From Zootoca vivipara (Eukaryota): a stretch of DNA of 64,000 bases. Positions 24,821 through 37,089 of this stretch are shown one piece after another; within the stretch, counting starts at the first letter, position 1, and each line of letters starts with the position of its first letter. Under the pieces are notes generated by a model, which was given only the letters and a program-made list of their open reading frames with translations, ran no database searches and had not been told where the DNA came from. The stretch is from the NCBI RefSeq assembly GCF_963506605.1, contig NC_083280.1:44826001-44890000 (forward strand). Direction: 5' to 3'. The position numbers were made by a program, and so were the translations under genes.

Positions 24821-27447
24821 CAAAATGAAAGAATGCTCTTCTATTGGTCATCCATACAGGCCCTCACCTGAAGAGTAAGGACTCTTCATCCATTTCTTCT
24901 GTAACTGAAGCAAAGCATGTGAAGTGTATGGGGAATGGAGAAAAGTACAGGATTATCTGAATAAAGAAATAGGATGGCGTTTGGCTACTAGCAAGGCATT
25001 TGTTTACTGTGCCTCAAGCAACTGGCTCTTCCAGAATTTGTGGTTTAGAGCACCCAGTGATTTCTTTCTCGCATAAATATGTCTGAAGAATTGAAGTTGT
25101 GTAGAGTGTCCAAATATGGTCCTGCCTGAACAAATGTCTTTTTTCAGTGAACTTGCCATGTTTGTAATTTTATGTAACCTGTTGTAATTGACCCAAAGCT
25201 TAACATGCACACAGGCAAGAAACAAACGAACAACCTCACAGGCCGCTGGTATTCTCTTGCCCCTTCTGAAATGGAAAAGATGGGAAAGTTGATGATGTTT
25301 GTAACTGATAGCTCTTCTCATTCAGCCTTAATAATTTTAAAAATGACATTCCAGGGAATTGAAATTGGACCAGTAGTACAGTAGGAAATCCTTATACTGT
25401 ACCAAACTTTCAGCAACAATTTCTTACTTTCAACTATATGAGTTTCTTTACCAGGTCCAGCTGGTAAAGAGATGGAAGCAAAAGCTTCAGGGAAAGAGAT
25501 TAAGTTTTGTCTTTGCTAGAGTCTACCTTTTTAAAGAGTACAACATGTGAACCATTCTTTTCTTTCTGTCGTCATGTGAACTTAAAGAAAAAAATGTCAA
25601 ATTTAAAACATCCTGTTTTGAGCTGGGGGAAGAGATGAACCTGGAATCTCCTGGGGATATTGATCCATCGTGGCCTACTCTGCCTGATTTAGAAGCACTA
25701 ACTTTGGCAATATATTGGTAGTGCTTAGTTTGACCAACAAGGCCCAGGCAAGATGGTGGAAGAAGGTGCCAAGGGTGGTTCTCTTCCAAGTAATGGGAAA
25801 AGGACAGCCAGTGAGTGAAATGGCCAAGGTATGGCAACTCGCATGCCCACATTAGGAAATGATGTTGTGTGATGCTGACATAAAAAGTCAACATAAACTA
25901 GAAATAAAATTAAGGTAAAGTATGTAAGTTAAGAACTCGGGGGAAGTGGCAGTTGAAGAGTGTCTTTTAACTAGATTAATGGCTTCAGATCAGGGAATGG
26001 AATTGCATTATTTAAGCCAGTATAGATCTGAAGAAAAGCGATGAACACAGCTCTCGTGTACACCTGACAGAAAGAAGCAACCCTATATTCAAAAAGTAAT
26101 GGAAAACCTTGGGTCATGATTCCACTGTGTTATTCATCACTGTCAGAACATTCAGAAAGTATATGGAGGGAGGAGAGTAGCCATGTGATGACCAAGGAAA
26201 TATTGAGCATTAAAGCTGTGGTGAATATTTGCAAGCGTTTTTGGCATGGAAAGAAGAGTTTAGGATGTTTTTTACACACACACACACACACACACATTCA
26301 CCTTGTTTGTGTGTCTTCACACAAGAAGAGCAGGCCTAATAGGTAGTTTCCTTGCTCCCATTTTTTAAAATGAATGGAACAGTGATGTCATCACTTAGAT
26401 GGTGCCACCAAACCTTAATTCACTGCTTTGAAATCCTTGATATTAAGCAACACATAAATATATGAAATAAATAAATCTGAATGAGTTGGTTCTGCTTGCT
26501 TTCAGGCTCACTGCGTTACGTTTGCTTGCTTTCAGTAGTGTCATAAATAGCTAAATCTGATTGGGTAGTTGCTGGCATCAAAGACCAATTGGGGATTGAA
26601 ATAATAAATAAGGTAGGAAATGTGGGTGTGGGTGTATGTATTGCCCAATTCACCCTTATGACAACTCTATGGTTCGATTATTGATTTAATTGTACGGTCA
26701 GGAAGTCAAAATTGCAGTAGTGCCTACAGAAATTCACCCTCTTGCAGAAATTTGGCTGTTTGACAAGATGCACACCCATTTGTTTATGCGATGTGTGCAC
26801 ATGTACAATTGATCAAAATAATTGGTGCCTACATGTTCACACGTGTGTGGAAGAATTTAAATAAATTAATGAGCATGAGTGCACATTTGTTTTGTTCGAT
26901 AATATTCTGCCCTGCCTTTCAGTGTTGCTGATCCCAGGATGAGTTACAAAACATAACATGATAATTGATCATAATGCAATGAAACAGGAACATATAAGAA
27001 CCTATCAGGTAAGACAGCAATTATAAGATTCATACTCCATCATACACAAAGCAGATCGTTCTGATAAAACATATATCACATCAGTGCCTGGGAAAACAGG
27101 TGCATTTTAAGTTGGCACTGAAAAGCAAAGGCAGCAGGTGCCAAGCATACCTCAGAGGAGAAGGCATTCCATAAGCCAGGCACCAATCCCAAAGAGGCCC
27201 AATTTTCTGTTGTTTCTAAGCACTGCACACTCATTGTGCATGTGTACAGTTATGTAAACTCTTAACGATTTGGCAACTTCTTATGCATCTATGCAATTGT
27301 TCTCTAACCTACAGAGCTAGCAATGTAGAATGGTGCGATTTGTCTACCATCTTACATATGTTGTTGAATTTGTGTTTTGTAGTGTATTCTCCATGGCTGT
27401 TTCCTAACCTCATCCCTACAGTGATACTGTCGGGATCTTGCTTCCAG

Positions 27448-28285
27448 TCTTCTTTCTTCTTTGGCGATCACTTGTAGCCGAGTAAGATTGTCTTCCAAAA
27501 CACGGTTTTAATGAGTCCGTAAGTGACTCTGGAGGCCAGTTCTGGATCCACACATTCTTCCACAGTGGGGACACAGTGGTTTTTGGGTGTGAGTTGATCC
27601 CGGTGTGGATTTGCCAAGCGTGCCTTCCTCTTAGCATGTTTCTCCCTTGCGTCCTGAGTTTGAGTGTCTTCAAAGCCCATGACACCTTTGGTAGAGTCTG
27701 TTCTCCAATTAAAGCGCTCGCAGGCAAGTGATAAGAGATAAGATATCTTTATTGTCATTGTCCCCTTGCGGGAACAACGAAATTACTCGGTTGCTACATC
27801 TTAATTGTTGTTTCCCAAAAAGTGTTTCCCAATTGTTGGTGTTTATACTACATTTTTAAAAAATTGCATTGAGACAGTCTTTAAACCTCTCTTGTTGACC
27901 ACCAGCATTACACTTTCCATTTTTAAGTTCAGAATAGAGTAGTTGTTTTGGAATACGATAATCAGGCATCCGCACAACATGACCAGTCCAACGAAGTTGA
28001 TGTTGAAGAATCATTGCTTCAACACTGGTGATCTGTGCTTCTTCTAGTACACTAGTACCGGTATTAGTTTGCCTGTCTTCCCAAGTGATGTGTAAAAAAA
28101 ATTGGAGACACCGTTGATGGAATCTTTCGAGGAGTTGGAGATGGCGTTTATAAGTGGTCCATGTTTCACAAGCATACAGTAAGGTTGGTAGTACAATAGC
28201 TTTGTAAACAAGCATTTTGGTTTCCCTGCAAATGTCCCAGTCCTCAAACACTCTGCACTTCAATTGGGAGAATGCCGCACTGTAG
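27448..28285 (-). mobile_element. RTE-clade LINE 3' fragment (C-terminal ORF remnant)
   Basis: ORF 27856..28323 encodes TKMLVYKAIVLPTLLYACETWT...LERFHQRCL...QLRWTGHVVRMPDYRIPKQLLYSEL, typical of RTE ORF2; (AAG)n-like tail at about 27448-27461. Confidence 0.88.
27730..27800 (-). mobile_element. Short Rex1/Babar-like LINE 3' end nested in the RTE element
   Basis: Minus strand reads aatttcgttgt...acaatgacaataaag followed by a short tandem tail; interrupts the RTE sequence. Confidence 0.5.
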
Positions 28286-30232
28286 ACAAATGTACACATT
28301 GTATGTGCATGGTTAATGTACACCGTCTGAAAATAGCTAATATTTTACTGCTGAAGTCCTGTGCCTACTGTCTTGTGCTGTGTGTAAGACCCATGGAACA
28401 CAGTGGGGCAAACTTCCCAGCAAACATAAGAGGATTGTGCTCCAAGTCATTAGCAAAGGCTGAGCTGGCCCTTAAGGCCACTGGCGTCTGAAAACCTGGA
28501 TCAAGCACAGAGGTCAGAGAGGAAAACAAATATGAAGTGAGAGTTCCAGGCATACATTCCTGTGCTGAGGAGGTAAAATGACAAAAGGGGGGACTGCAGG
28601 GGGATGTTTGACAGCACCTTTATTAGTCTGTCTTAAAATATTAGCTTTCAACTGATGGGCTGGAGACTGTGCTAGATAAATTGATTCTCTTTCCCCCCTC
28701 CAGCAATCAATTCTTCCTTTTGAGTGGGGAATTGGACATGGTTTTTATTGTTGTAAGCAAGCAGCTCCTCCCTCATATGAAGAACAAGCAGGAATTGGTT
28801 TTCCCCGATCTTGCACTAGATCCATGAGTATCAGCCATGCAGTGAAGGGGAAAGAGGGCCGTTCCTTCCTTGGGTTGGGTGACCATGGGAAGAGGTTGCT
28901 GGAACAGATCCTGGTTTGAGCAGTAGTGTAATTGAATGACATGTTCCTGGGGTAACTAAAAGGATGGAAATTGCTATGTTATGTGGGAGAAAAGTCTCTG
29001 TTCTCAGTGGGAACATTTTAAGTATGTCAGGCCAGGTAGTGAGCGGCCCAGGGAATGCAGCGCCCTAGAGAATGACTCCATGCAAGAAACAGTTAAGGCC
29101 CCAAAGTAGCTTGAAGCCGAGTGTGCCTCCCTAGAGAAGGGTGCGTGGGATGCTGCTTGTTTTTCTCAGGAGGTGCAGATGTGCCAAAACATACAGCTGT
29201 GCACATCGAGGATGCAGAGCTGAGAATGAGAGGCTTTGTGTTTCATCAGTATTTTCTTGCTGTCTTTGTGAGGCAACATGCTTCCAGCTTCTTCCTTCTC
29301 CTCCCCCAGCACCAGTATCCCAGCCAAAATAACACACTATCAGCAGCCAAAGATTCTCTGCAGCATGCAGTATTTCCTGCTGTTTTAGAAATGGGGGCCA
29401 CAGGAGGGGCAGAATCAAAACTGATGTGTTGTCCATGCTGTTTCAGAAAAATTAAGAGTGTGTGTGTGTGTGTGCGCGTGCATGGATAAGCAGTTGCCTA
29501 AAAAACCCCAACTAGCTTAAAATCATGGATGCTGAAATGTTGGATTTTAAATCTTCATTTGCATTTCAGAACCTACATTTTTGCATTCAGACACTGTCCT
29601 ACCATTGTGGGCTACTAACGACTTATTTTGACATGTGTAGGTTTTTTTTGTTTTTTTAAAAGAAACAATAAGGCTATAGCGTATTGTTGCTGAGAAGATA
29701 AATAGTGCTGTGGCAATTTGCAAAATAAATTGTTTTATTAATCCCTCAACTTTCTGGTGAGGTAAACTTTTGTTTATAAATTAACCCTTCTAAGGCACAG
29801 TTACACTACAAATTTAGATAAATATGAAAGGGAGGGCAAGGAGAATATTGTGAAATAAAGGTCCTGTTTTATTGTAGAATGAAAATTCCCACGGGGTCCT
29901 TGGGAAAAGGCCAGTAACATTATAAACTGATCTCAAACTCCATTACAGCTAGAGCACAGGCCACTGCCGTGGTGTTTCTCTGTCCTTCAGGCTCATCTTT
30001 TAGAATTTGGCTCCATTTGTTACGTTCATCTGTCTCTATCTCCATCAACTCCCTTCCAACTGTGATCAGCTCAGCCAAGATGGCAGGTGGGGGCTAAAAT
30101 GGATCCTGTGAATCAAGTGGCTTAACATTTATCTAAGAACTAAACTCAACAGGGCAAGGCCACCTCCATACCACAGGTGCTTGAGTGTGCCAAGTGAAGC
30201 CAGAAGGCAAAGTACTATCTTCCAGAGGGACC

Positions 30233-30846
30233 CATGGAATCATAGAATTGTAGGGTTGGAAGGGACCTGAAGGGTCATCTAGTCCAACCTCCTGCAATGC
30301 AGGAATCTCAGCTAAAGCATCCATGGCAGATGGCTATTCACCTCTGCTTAAAAACCTCAAAGGAAAGAGGGTCCACAACCTCCTGAGGGAGACGGTTCCA
30401 ATGTTGAACAGCTCTTACTATCAGAAAGTTCTTCCTGATGTTTTGTTGGAATCTTCTTTATTGTAACTTGAAGCCATTGGTTGAATTCCTGCCCCCCCCC
30501 CCAAGAGCAGGAGAAAACAGGCCTGTTCCTTCTTCCATAAGACAGCCCTTGAGATATTTGAAGATAACTATCGTATCTCCTCTCAGTCTCTTCTTTTCCA
30601 AGCTAAACATACCCTGCTCCTTCAATTGCTCCTCAGAAGGCTTGGTTTCCAAACCTTTGATCAACTTGGTTACCCTCCTCTGCATATGTTCCAGCTTGTC
30701 AACATGCTTCTTCAGTTGTGGTGCCCAGAATTGGACACAGTATTCCAGGTGTGATCTGACCATGGCAGAATAGAGTGGTACTATTACTTCCTTTGATCTG
30801 AACACTATACTTCTGTTGATGCAGCTTAGAATAGCATTAGCATTTG
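30233..30846 (-). mobile_element. CR1 LINE 3' fragment
   Basis: ORF 30458..30877 encodes ANAILSCINRSIVFRSKEVIVPLYSAMVRSHLEYCVQFWAP...SLEKKRLRGD; CR1 3' end with the ATTCTATG motif. Confidence 0.92.
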
Positions 30847-31125
30847 ATTGGAGAAAGAACAGTACAAAAGCCACCACTACTGTTCACTTGGATGTTGGCT
30901 TTATTCACGAGATACTTCTGATCATTATCAGGTGCACTTTTTCACCAGCCATGTGTTCACACCTACATTAATCATCAGAAAGGCTCCATACTATTCTCCA
31001 GGCCATCTCAGTGAAGACTGAACTATTGCCACTTGAAAAGGAAAGCTCTCTAGTCACTTACCCATATCTGGCTGATGACCCTTTTACCTCAACAGTAGCC
31101 TATAACAGCCATAGAGGTGGGGAGT

Positions 31126-31510
31126 AAAGGTAAAGGACCCCTGGATGGTTAAGTCCAGTCAAAGGTGACTATGGGGTTGCGGCGCTCATCTCGCTTTCAG
31201 GCCAAGGGAGCCGGTGTTTGTCCACAGACAGCTTTCTGGGTCATGTGGTCAGCATGACTAAACCACTTGTGGTGCAACAGAACACCGTGATGGAAACCAG
31301 AGGGCACGGAAACGCCGTTTACCTTTCCGCCATAGTGGTACCTATTTATCTACTTGTACTGGCGTGCTTTCAAACTGCTAGGGAGGCAGGAGGTGGGACA
31401 GAGCAACAGGTACTCACCCCGTTGTGCGGATTTGAAGCAAGCTCAAGAGGGCTTCTGATTGGCAAGCCCAAGAGGCTCAGTGGTTTAGACCACAGCGCCA
31501 CCTGCATCCA
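31126..31510 (-). mobile_element. Sauria SINE, full length
   Basis: tRNA-like head, body and ACCTTT tail; 11-bp TSD aggtggggagt at 31115-31125 and 31511-31521. Confidence 0.92.
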
Positions 31511-31548
31511 AGGTGGGGAGTGTGAGCTTCTACGTGCAGTGTGTATGT

Positions 31549-31555
31549 ATATATA

Positions 31556-31611
<56 letters not shown>
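31549..31611. repeat. (TA)n microsatellite
   Basis: Seen in sequence. Confidence 0.95.
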
Positions 31612-31615
<4 letters not shown>

Positions 31616-31629
31616 CTGATGCTGTAGAA

Positions 31630-31765
31630 CAGGCATCCCCAAACGTCGGCCCTCCAGATGTTTTGGAGTACAATTCCCATCATGCCCCACCACTGGTCCT
31701 GTTAGCTAGGGATCATGGGAGTTGTAGGCCAAAACATCTGGAGGGCAGCAGTTTGGGCATGCCTG
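31630..31765. mobile_element. hAT-type palindromic MITE (136 bp)
   Basis: TIRs caggcatccccaaac / gtttgggcatgcctg; 8-bp TSD ctgtagaa. Confidence 0.92.
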
Positions 31766-33056
31766 CTGTAGAAGATGTTAATCAAAGGACAGAAGGTTTT
31801 GATTTTGCTCCATGTCTGCCAGCCACCTAGACATTAGGCCCCATCCCAGTAACAGCTGCCAAACATCTGCAAGGTTCATAACAGCCCCATAAAATGTGCC
31901 CGTAAAACACCTCCCAACATGCCTGATCCTAGCTCAGATATACACAAGTGCTTATAACAGGAGCTCTTAGTTCCTCAGGGGACAATATACTTCAGCCATC
32001 TCCTACTTGACTCTAGCAGTATAACTGCCACCTAGGAAACAGAGCAGGAGAGGGGATCCCCCAATTAGTTCTGATCCTATATCTGACAAAAAAGAAAGAA
32101 AAGAAGGACATGCCATGGCATTCAAGGACAGCTTGGTTGTGTTGAGGAGTGGGATGCAAGCAGCAAAGGACTGCCAATGGATATAGGCCAGCTTGTGTGG
32201 GGAACCTGAAGTGCCAAGCTGATGATAAAAGACAGAGTAGCCATTTCAGATTTCACTGAGGATGTGAGTCACATTCAACAAGCATCGAGGCCCACTTAAC
32301 TCTTTTAAGTACCAATAGCTACTCAGCATGTAGAACCAAGTGTTCCAAAGGAACCATATTGGGAGAGCTTTGCTCAATAAGGCACCATATTATTATTTTT
32401 TAAAGAAACTGAATATATCCTGAAATTCTGGTGTTGGGGAGGCAGTGCAGGCACTGCAGTTAAAGCGGGTAACAGCGGCAAGCAAAAACTCTACTTTGAA
32501 AGAGAACAGTTTGGGAGAGAAGAGAGGCACACAATGTTCATTTGATTCCTTGAAATGTGGTAAAAAGAAGAACCGTCAATGAACGGGAGGGAAAGCAGGC
32601 TGAGCTAAGAGGCAAATGTAGTGACCAGGTTGGGAGCAGCAGCAGCAACACCAGGAGGGACCATGTGAAAGGGCTTTGGTATTTGAGAGAGCGAGCAAAG
32701 GAGAGGCTCCAGGATACTTTGCCAGAGGGGGATTTTTGGTTAAGAACACTGGTGGTAGTTGTTGTGACGGGAACCACATCTGCACACAGGATTTTAAGGC
32801 AGATAAGCGCCTTCATTTCTCACTATAATGAGTTATATAAGTGCCTACAACAAATGCTCTGAAAATGCTTTGGTGGTTGTTGTTTCAACTCAAACCTCAA
32901 TATAGGCGAAATTAGGTTTTAAATCATTCTGTGAAACGAGTGGAATCTCTTTGACCTCTGCAAATGTGACCCAAAATGCCCCCTCCTTTGGCTTTGTCCA
33001 CTCTGAACAGGACTGTGATTTATCATTGTGGCCTGTGAGCAGAGATGGCATAAGAA

Positions 33057-33158
33057 CAGGGTGGGGGAATGTGTGGTCTGCCTGTTGGCCATGCTGGCAT
33101 GGGCTGCTGGGAGTTGGAATCCAACAAAGTCTGGGAGACCACAGGTTCCCCACCCCTG
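33057..33158. mobile_element. Degenerate hAT-type MITE
   Basis: cagggtgggggaatgtgtggtct ... agaccacaggttccccacccctg. Confidence 0.6.
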
Positions 33159-35218
33159 CACTGAAACACTCATCTAAAAGGGAGCGAATGGCTAATTCCA
33201 ACCCCAACCTCTCTCCTGCCATCATCTCCTCGCTGGGCTTCTTCTCCCCTTTGTTCTCATCCTCCTGCCTGCCTTTCGAAATCCCGGGTGAAAAGTATGT
33301 CAATTAGATCATCTCCGTAACTTGCTCATACGCACATCTACTTGTGAACAAATGCTGATTCTCTGCCAGCTTTTCCTTTCTCTCTGTTACTAAGGGAAGG
33401 GGCAGGGGAGCCTTGTGCATTCCTCCAGGGGGTTTGTTTAGGCCAAGCCTTGGGATGTCAAAGCCTCTCCCTTTAAGAATTCCTTGTGGGCAAAAGCAGG
33501 GGCCGAATGTCTTCTCCATTAGATGATAGCTCTCAAAGATTTTGACATATGCCGTAACGATTGACGTACTATGTCAGGATTAGGGAAGGCTTAAGTATTT
33601 GGAACTCTGTAAGGAATAAGAAATGTTTGTACAGTATTCTTGGGAAAGGCTAGAACATACATGACTGAACAAAGAGTCACTAGGTGACAAGGTGAACATT
33701 TTCTCTCCCTCTCTCCTTCTCTCCCTCTCCTTTTTTAAAACAAGAATATGCCATACCTTTAAATAAAGTTTGTGACATAGCGGCACTGAAAACAAGAATA
33801 AAGTATGCTGGGTAGGAGAGGGCTGCCTTTACTTGGTGAGTTGCTCCATCAGACAGTTGGCGTTTTCTAGGCTGGCCTTGGTCTGAGCACCATTCAGATA
33901 CAGAGGCTTCACTCCAGTGTTGACCTTCGAAACATAGCAGCTGTGTTTAATAGGATGGGCAGGAATATCCCTTCCTCTTTAGCAAGCCTAAAGTTCACCT
34001 ACAGTAACCAGCAAGTTTAGGACTGATTTGTTCAGGACCAAGTGGTATATTGTGAGGAGCATGTTTGTGTAGCCCACAACTACTAGCTTGTCCTACCTGA
34101 AGCAGCACTGTGCTTCTGTTCCAAATCTATCTCAAAACGGTACTAAGTATACAATGATGGCCCCCAAGCTTGTTGATTTGGTGAAACATTTTTTCAAACT
34201 CCTTTATTCTGGCCTTTGTCGTGCCCACACTCTTGTGCCATTTCTGGTCCCCTCCCCCTTATAAATCTGACACATTTATATAACATATATTCATATACAC
34301 AACATCAAAGAACAGTAGATTGCAATACCTTATGGGCTCTAGTTATTAGGCAACACAATATAATCTGTCGTCCTCCCATGCTGTTGGGTAGGGAACAGTC
34401 TCTGGCCTACAGGGCTTTCTTATGGTTGCCTCATGTATGAGTGGGTGGGCAGGCACTTGCCTGTGTTAAGCGTGACTATGCAGTCTGGGAAGGGTAAAGC
34501 ACAAATATAAATTGGGAAGAGGTCACAGCCCACAGACTCACTTCAAGGGACTCACCTCCATGTGTTTTGTCTAGGAATAACTATGGGAAGGAACCTCCAG
34601 ATAAAGTATATTAGCAATATATCATTTGGCAGCACTCCTGCCTAAAAAAGGTACCAATGATAGCTGCACTGTGCAAGAGCTTTCCCAATTACTTGGTCTA
34701 TAATATTGGGCCCTCTGTGTGCCAGGGTGACCTTTGACTAGGTCATTGTTTCTTTCCTTTCTTCTTCTTTTCTTTCTAAATATTTGTATATCACCCCTCA
34801 TCTGAAGACCCCAGGGTGGTAACAGAAAAAACTGTGGTGACATTTCTCTTGTGGAAACATCTCGGCTAAGGAAGGTGATATTCCCAGCACCTTGGAAGGA
34901 TCAAGCTCCTTGCAGGTTTGGCATCTAAAAGAAGAGGTGCATAAATTGTAGAATGCTGAAGTCATGCCTGAACTTTCCATTGCCACTGACACAGAAAGAG
35001 AGACTCTGGATGCTCTTGCCTCTAAAATCAGAACAGTGCAATGCCAGATGTCCAGTACTAATGCCACTTGGGGCTCAACACAGATGCCAGCACCATGTTC
35101 ACAACAGTGGATGCCACGAAATCCCTTGGCTTGGGTGTGTGCTGACTTGTAACCAATCTATAATCAACCCATGGCACAGCAGACCTTAGGAAAATCAGGT
35201 TTTGCATCAGTATGCAGT

Positions 35219-35255
35219 CAGTGTTAGGCAGGCTCAGTGTTAGGCAGGCTCAGTG
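35219..35255. repeat. 16-bp tandem duplication (cagtgttaggcaggct x2.3)
   Basis: Seen in sequence. Confidence 0.85.
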
Positions 35256-35369
35256 CTTCTCCCTCACTGTGTCCTTGCCATGTGCAAGAAAGAGTATATT
35301 TTATTTTTGCTAAACATTTTCTTGCTCTTCCTTCACTGCTGATTAGGGTGTCCTAAACATAGAACAGTA

Positions 35370-35477
35370 CAGTGGTACCTTGGTTCTCAAACTTAATCCG
35401 TTCTGGAAGTCAATTCCCAAACCAACGTGTTCCAAAACCAAGGCGTGCTTTCTCATAGAAAGTAATGCAAAATAATG

Positions 35478-35528
<51 letters not shown>

Positions 35529-36104
35529 TTATTATTTATAAATAATAATAATAATTTATTATTTATACCCCATAAGAAAGCCCTGTAGGCCAGAGACTGT
35601 TCCCTACCCAAAATGGATTAATCTTTTCCAGACTTTTAAAAACAACCCCTAAAACAGCAATTTAAAATGAATTTTACTATCTAACGAGACCATCATAGCT
35701 GCCAAGTCCTCCCTTTTTTTAAGGGAAATTCCCTTATGCTGAATAGGCTTCCTCACGAGAAAAGGGAAAACTTGGCAGCTATGGAGACCATTGATACATA
35801 AAATGAAAGCAATATACCTGCAGCTACACAATCAATCAATCAATCAATCAGTAGCTGAACTGGGTTCCGCACAGTCACAAAAACAAAACAAAAAGAACCG
35901 CAAAAACAAAAACGCAAAATAAATAGCAAAAAAAGGCAGACCTCAGTGTAACACTCAAAACGGAAGTGTGACACTCAAATCGGAAGCATAACACTCAAAA
36001 CGGAGCATGTTCAGCTTCTGAAAAACATTCACACTTCCAGGTTTGCAGTGTTTGGGTTCCAATTTGTTTGATTACCAAGGCGTTTGAGAACCAAGGTACC
36101 ACCA
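35370..36104. mobile_element. Tc1/mariner (Tigger-like) non-autonomous element containing an (AAT)n-rich insert at about 35472-35600
   Basis: TA|cagtggtaccttggttctcaaac ... gtttgagaaccaaggtaccacca|TA. Confidence 0.85.
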
Positions 36105-36144
36105 TACTCAATTTGAAGGGCTGTCAGACAGCAGTCCTCTATTT

Positions 36145-37089
36145 CAGGCATGGCCAACAGGTAGATCGGGATCTACCGGTAGATCCCCAGGACGTTTCTG
36201 GTAGATCCCGGGTAGATTGTGGGTTCCTTAGTGATAGTCAGCCTAAAAGAAAAGAAAGAGCTCTCCCCCTTAAAAAACCCTCAAGAACTCTTGTCTCCCC
36301 CCCACAAAAAAGCTCAATAACCGTGAGCAATTGCAGGGAGAGCTCCTTCCCTCTTCCCGATACTGAGCTTACCAGTTTGTGTGTGACTGTGTTAGTGCGT
36401 TGCACAGAATGGCTACATTGCTCCTCCTCCTCCCTCATGCCGGCAGAGAGGGAGGGGGGGGTGAGTTTGCGTTCGTGGGAGGAAAGCAGGAGCCTCCACT
36501 CACAGAGGGATTTTCCCCCTGTCCCTGTCTCTTTGAGTTACTGGGAGCCAGCTAGCGAGAGAGAGAGAGAGGTGGGTGGGTGGGTGCCCCTAGCTGAGGG
36601 GGTGGGGGAGAAAGAAAGAGAGGGGGTGGATGGGTGCCCCTAGCTGAGGGGGTGGGGGAGGGGGGGGGTGGGGGAGAAAGAGAGAGAGAGAGAGCAACGT
36701 TCAAACACAGTACTCGTCTGATATTGAACAGTTGGTTACCAAAATGGTGATGCAGGTGTCACACTAACAATGAATGAAGGCATGTATTTTTTAAGAAATC
36801 TTGATAGGTAGGTTAATGGAGTGGGTAAAGGAGTTTGTGCGTACAGTTTTGTGAGTGCTTTTATGCAATTCTCTCCCAAGAAATCTCTAAAAGTTTCTGT
36901 TGTCCTTTGTAAGAAAAGTATTTCGGCAGTGCTCCCCCCAAAAAGGTTACCAAATCTGGTCACCCCCCTTTCCTTCTCCCTAAAAAAAGCTCAACAACTT
37001 TGAACTGAACCCCCAAAAATGGGGGTAGATCACCGCCAGATTTTAATTCTGAAAGTAGATCACAGTCTCTTGGGAGTTGGCCACCCCTG
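36145..37089. mobile_element. hAT non-autonomous DNA transposon (945 bp)
   Basis: TIRs caggcatggccaac / gttggccacccctg; perfect 8-bp TSD ctctattt; subterminal gtagatc repeats at both ends. Confidence 0.9.

Noticed and set aside
34798-35067. Possible minus-strand exon after tcttcttttag
   Set aside because: No recognisable peptide in any frame, and it does not match ARL3.
36068-36643. 191-aa ORF as a transposase
   Set aside because: Crosses two unrelated elements and low-complexity sequence; no hAT or DDE motifs.
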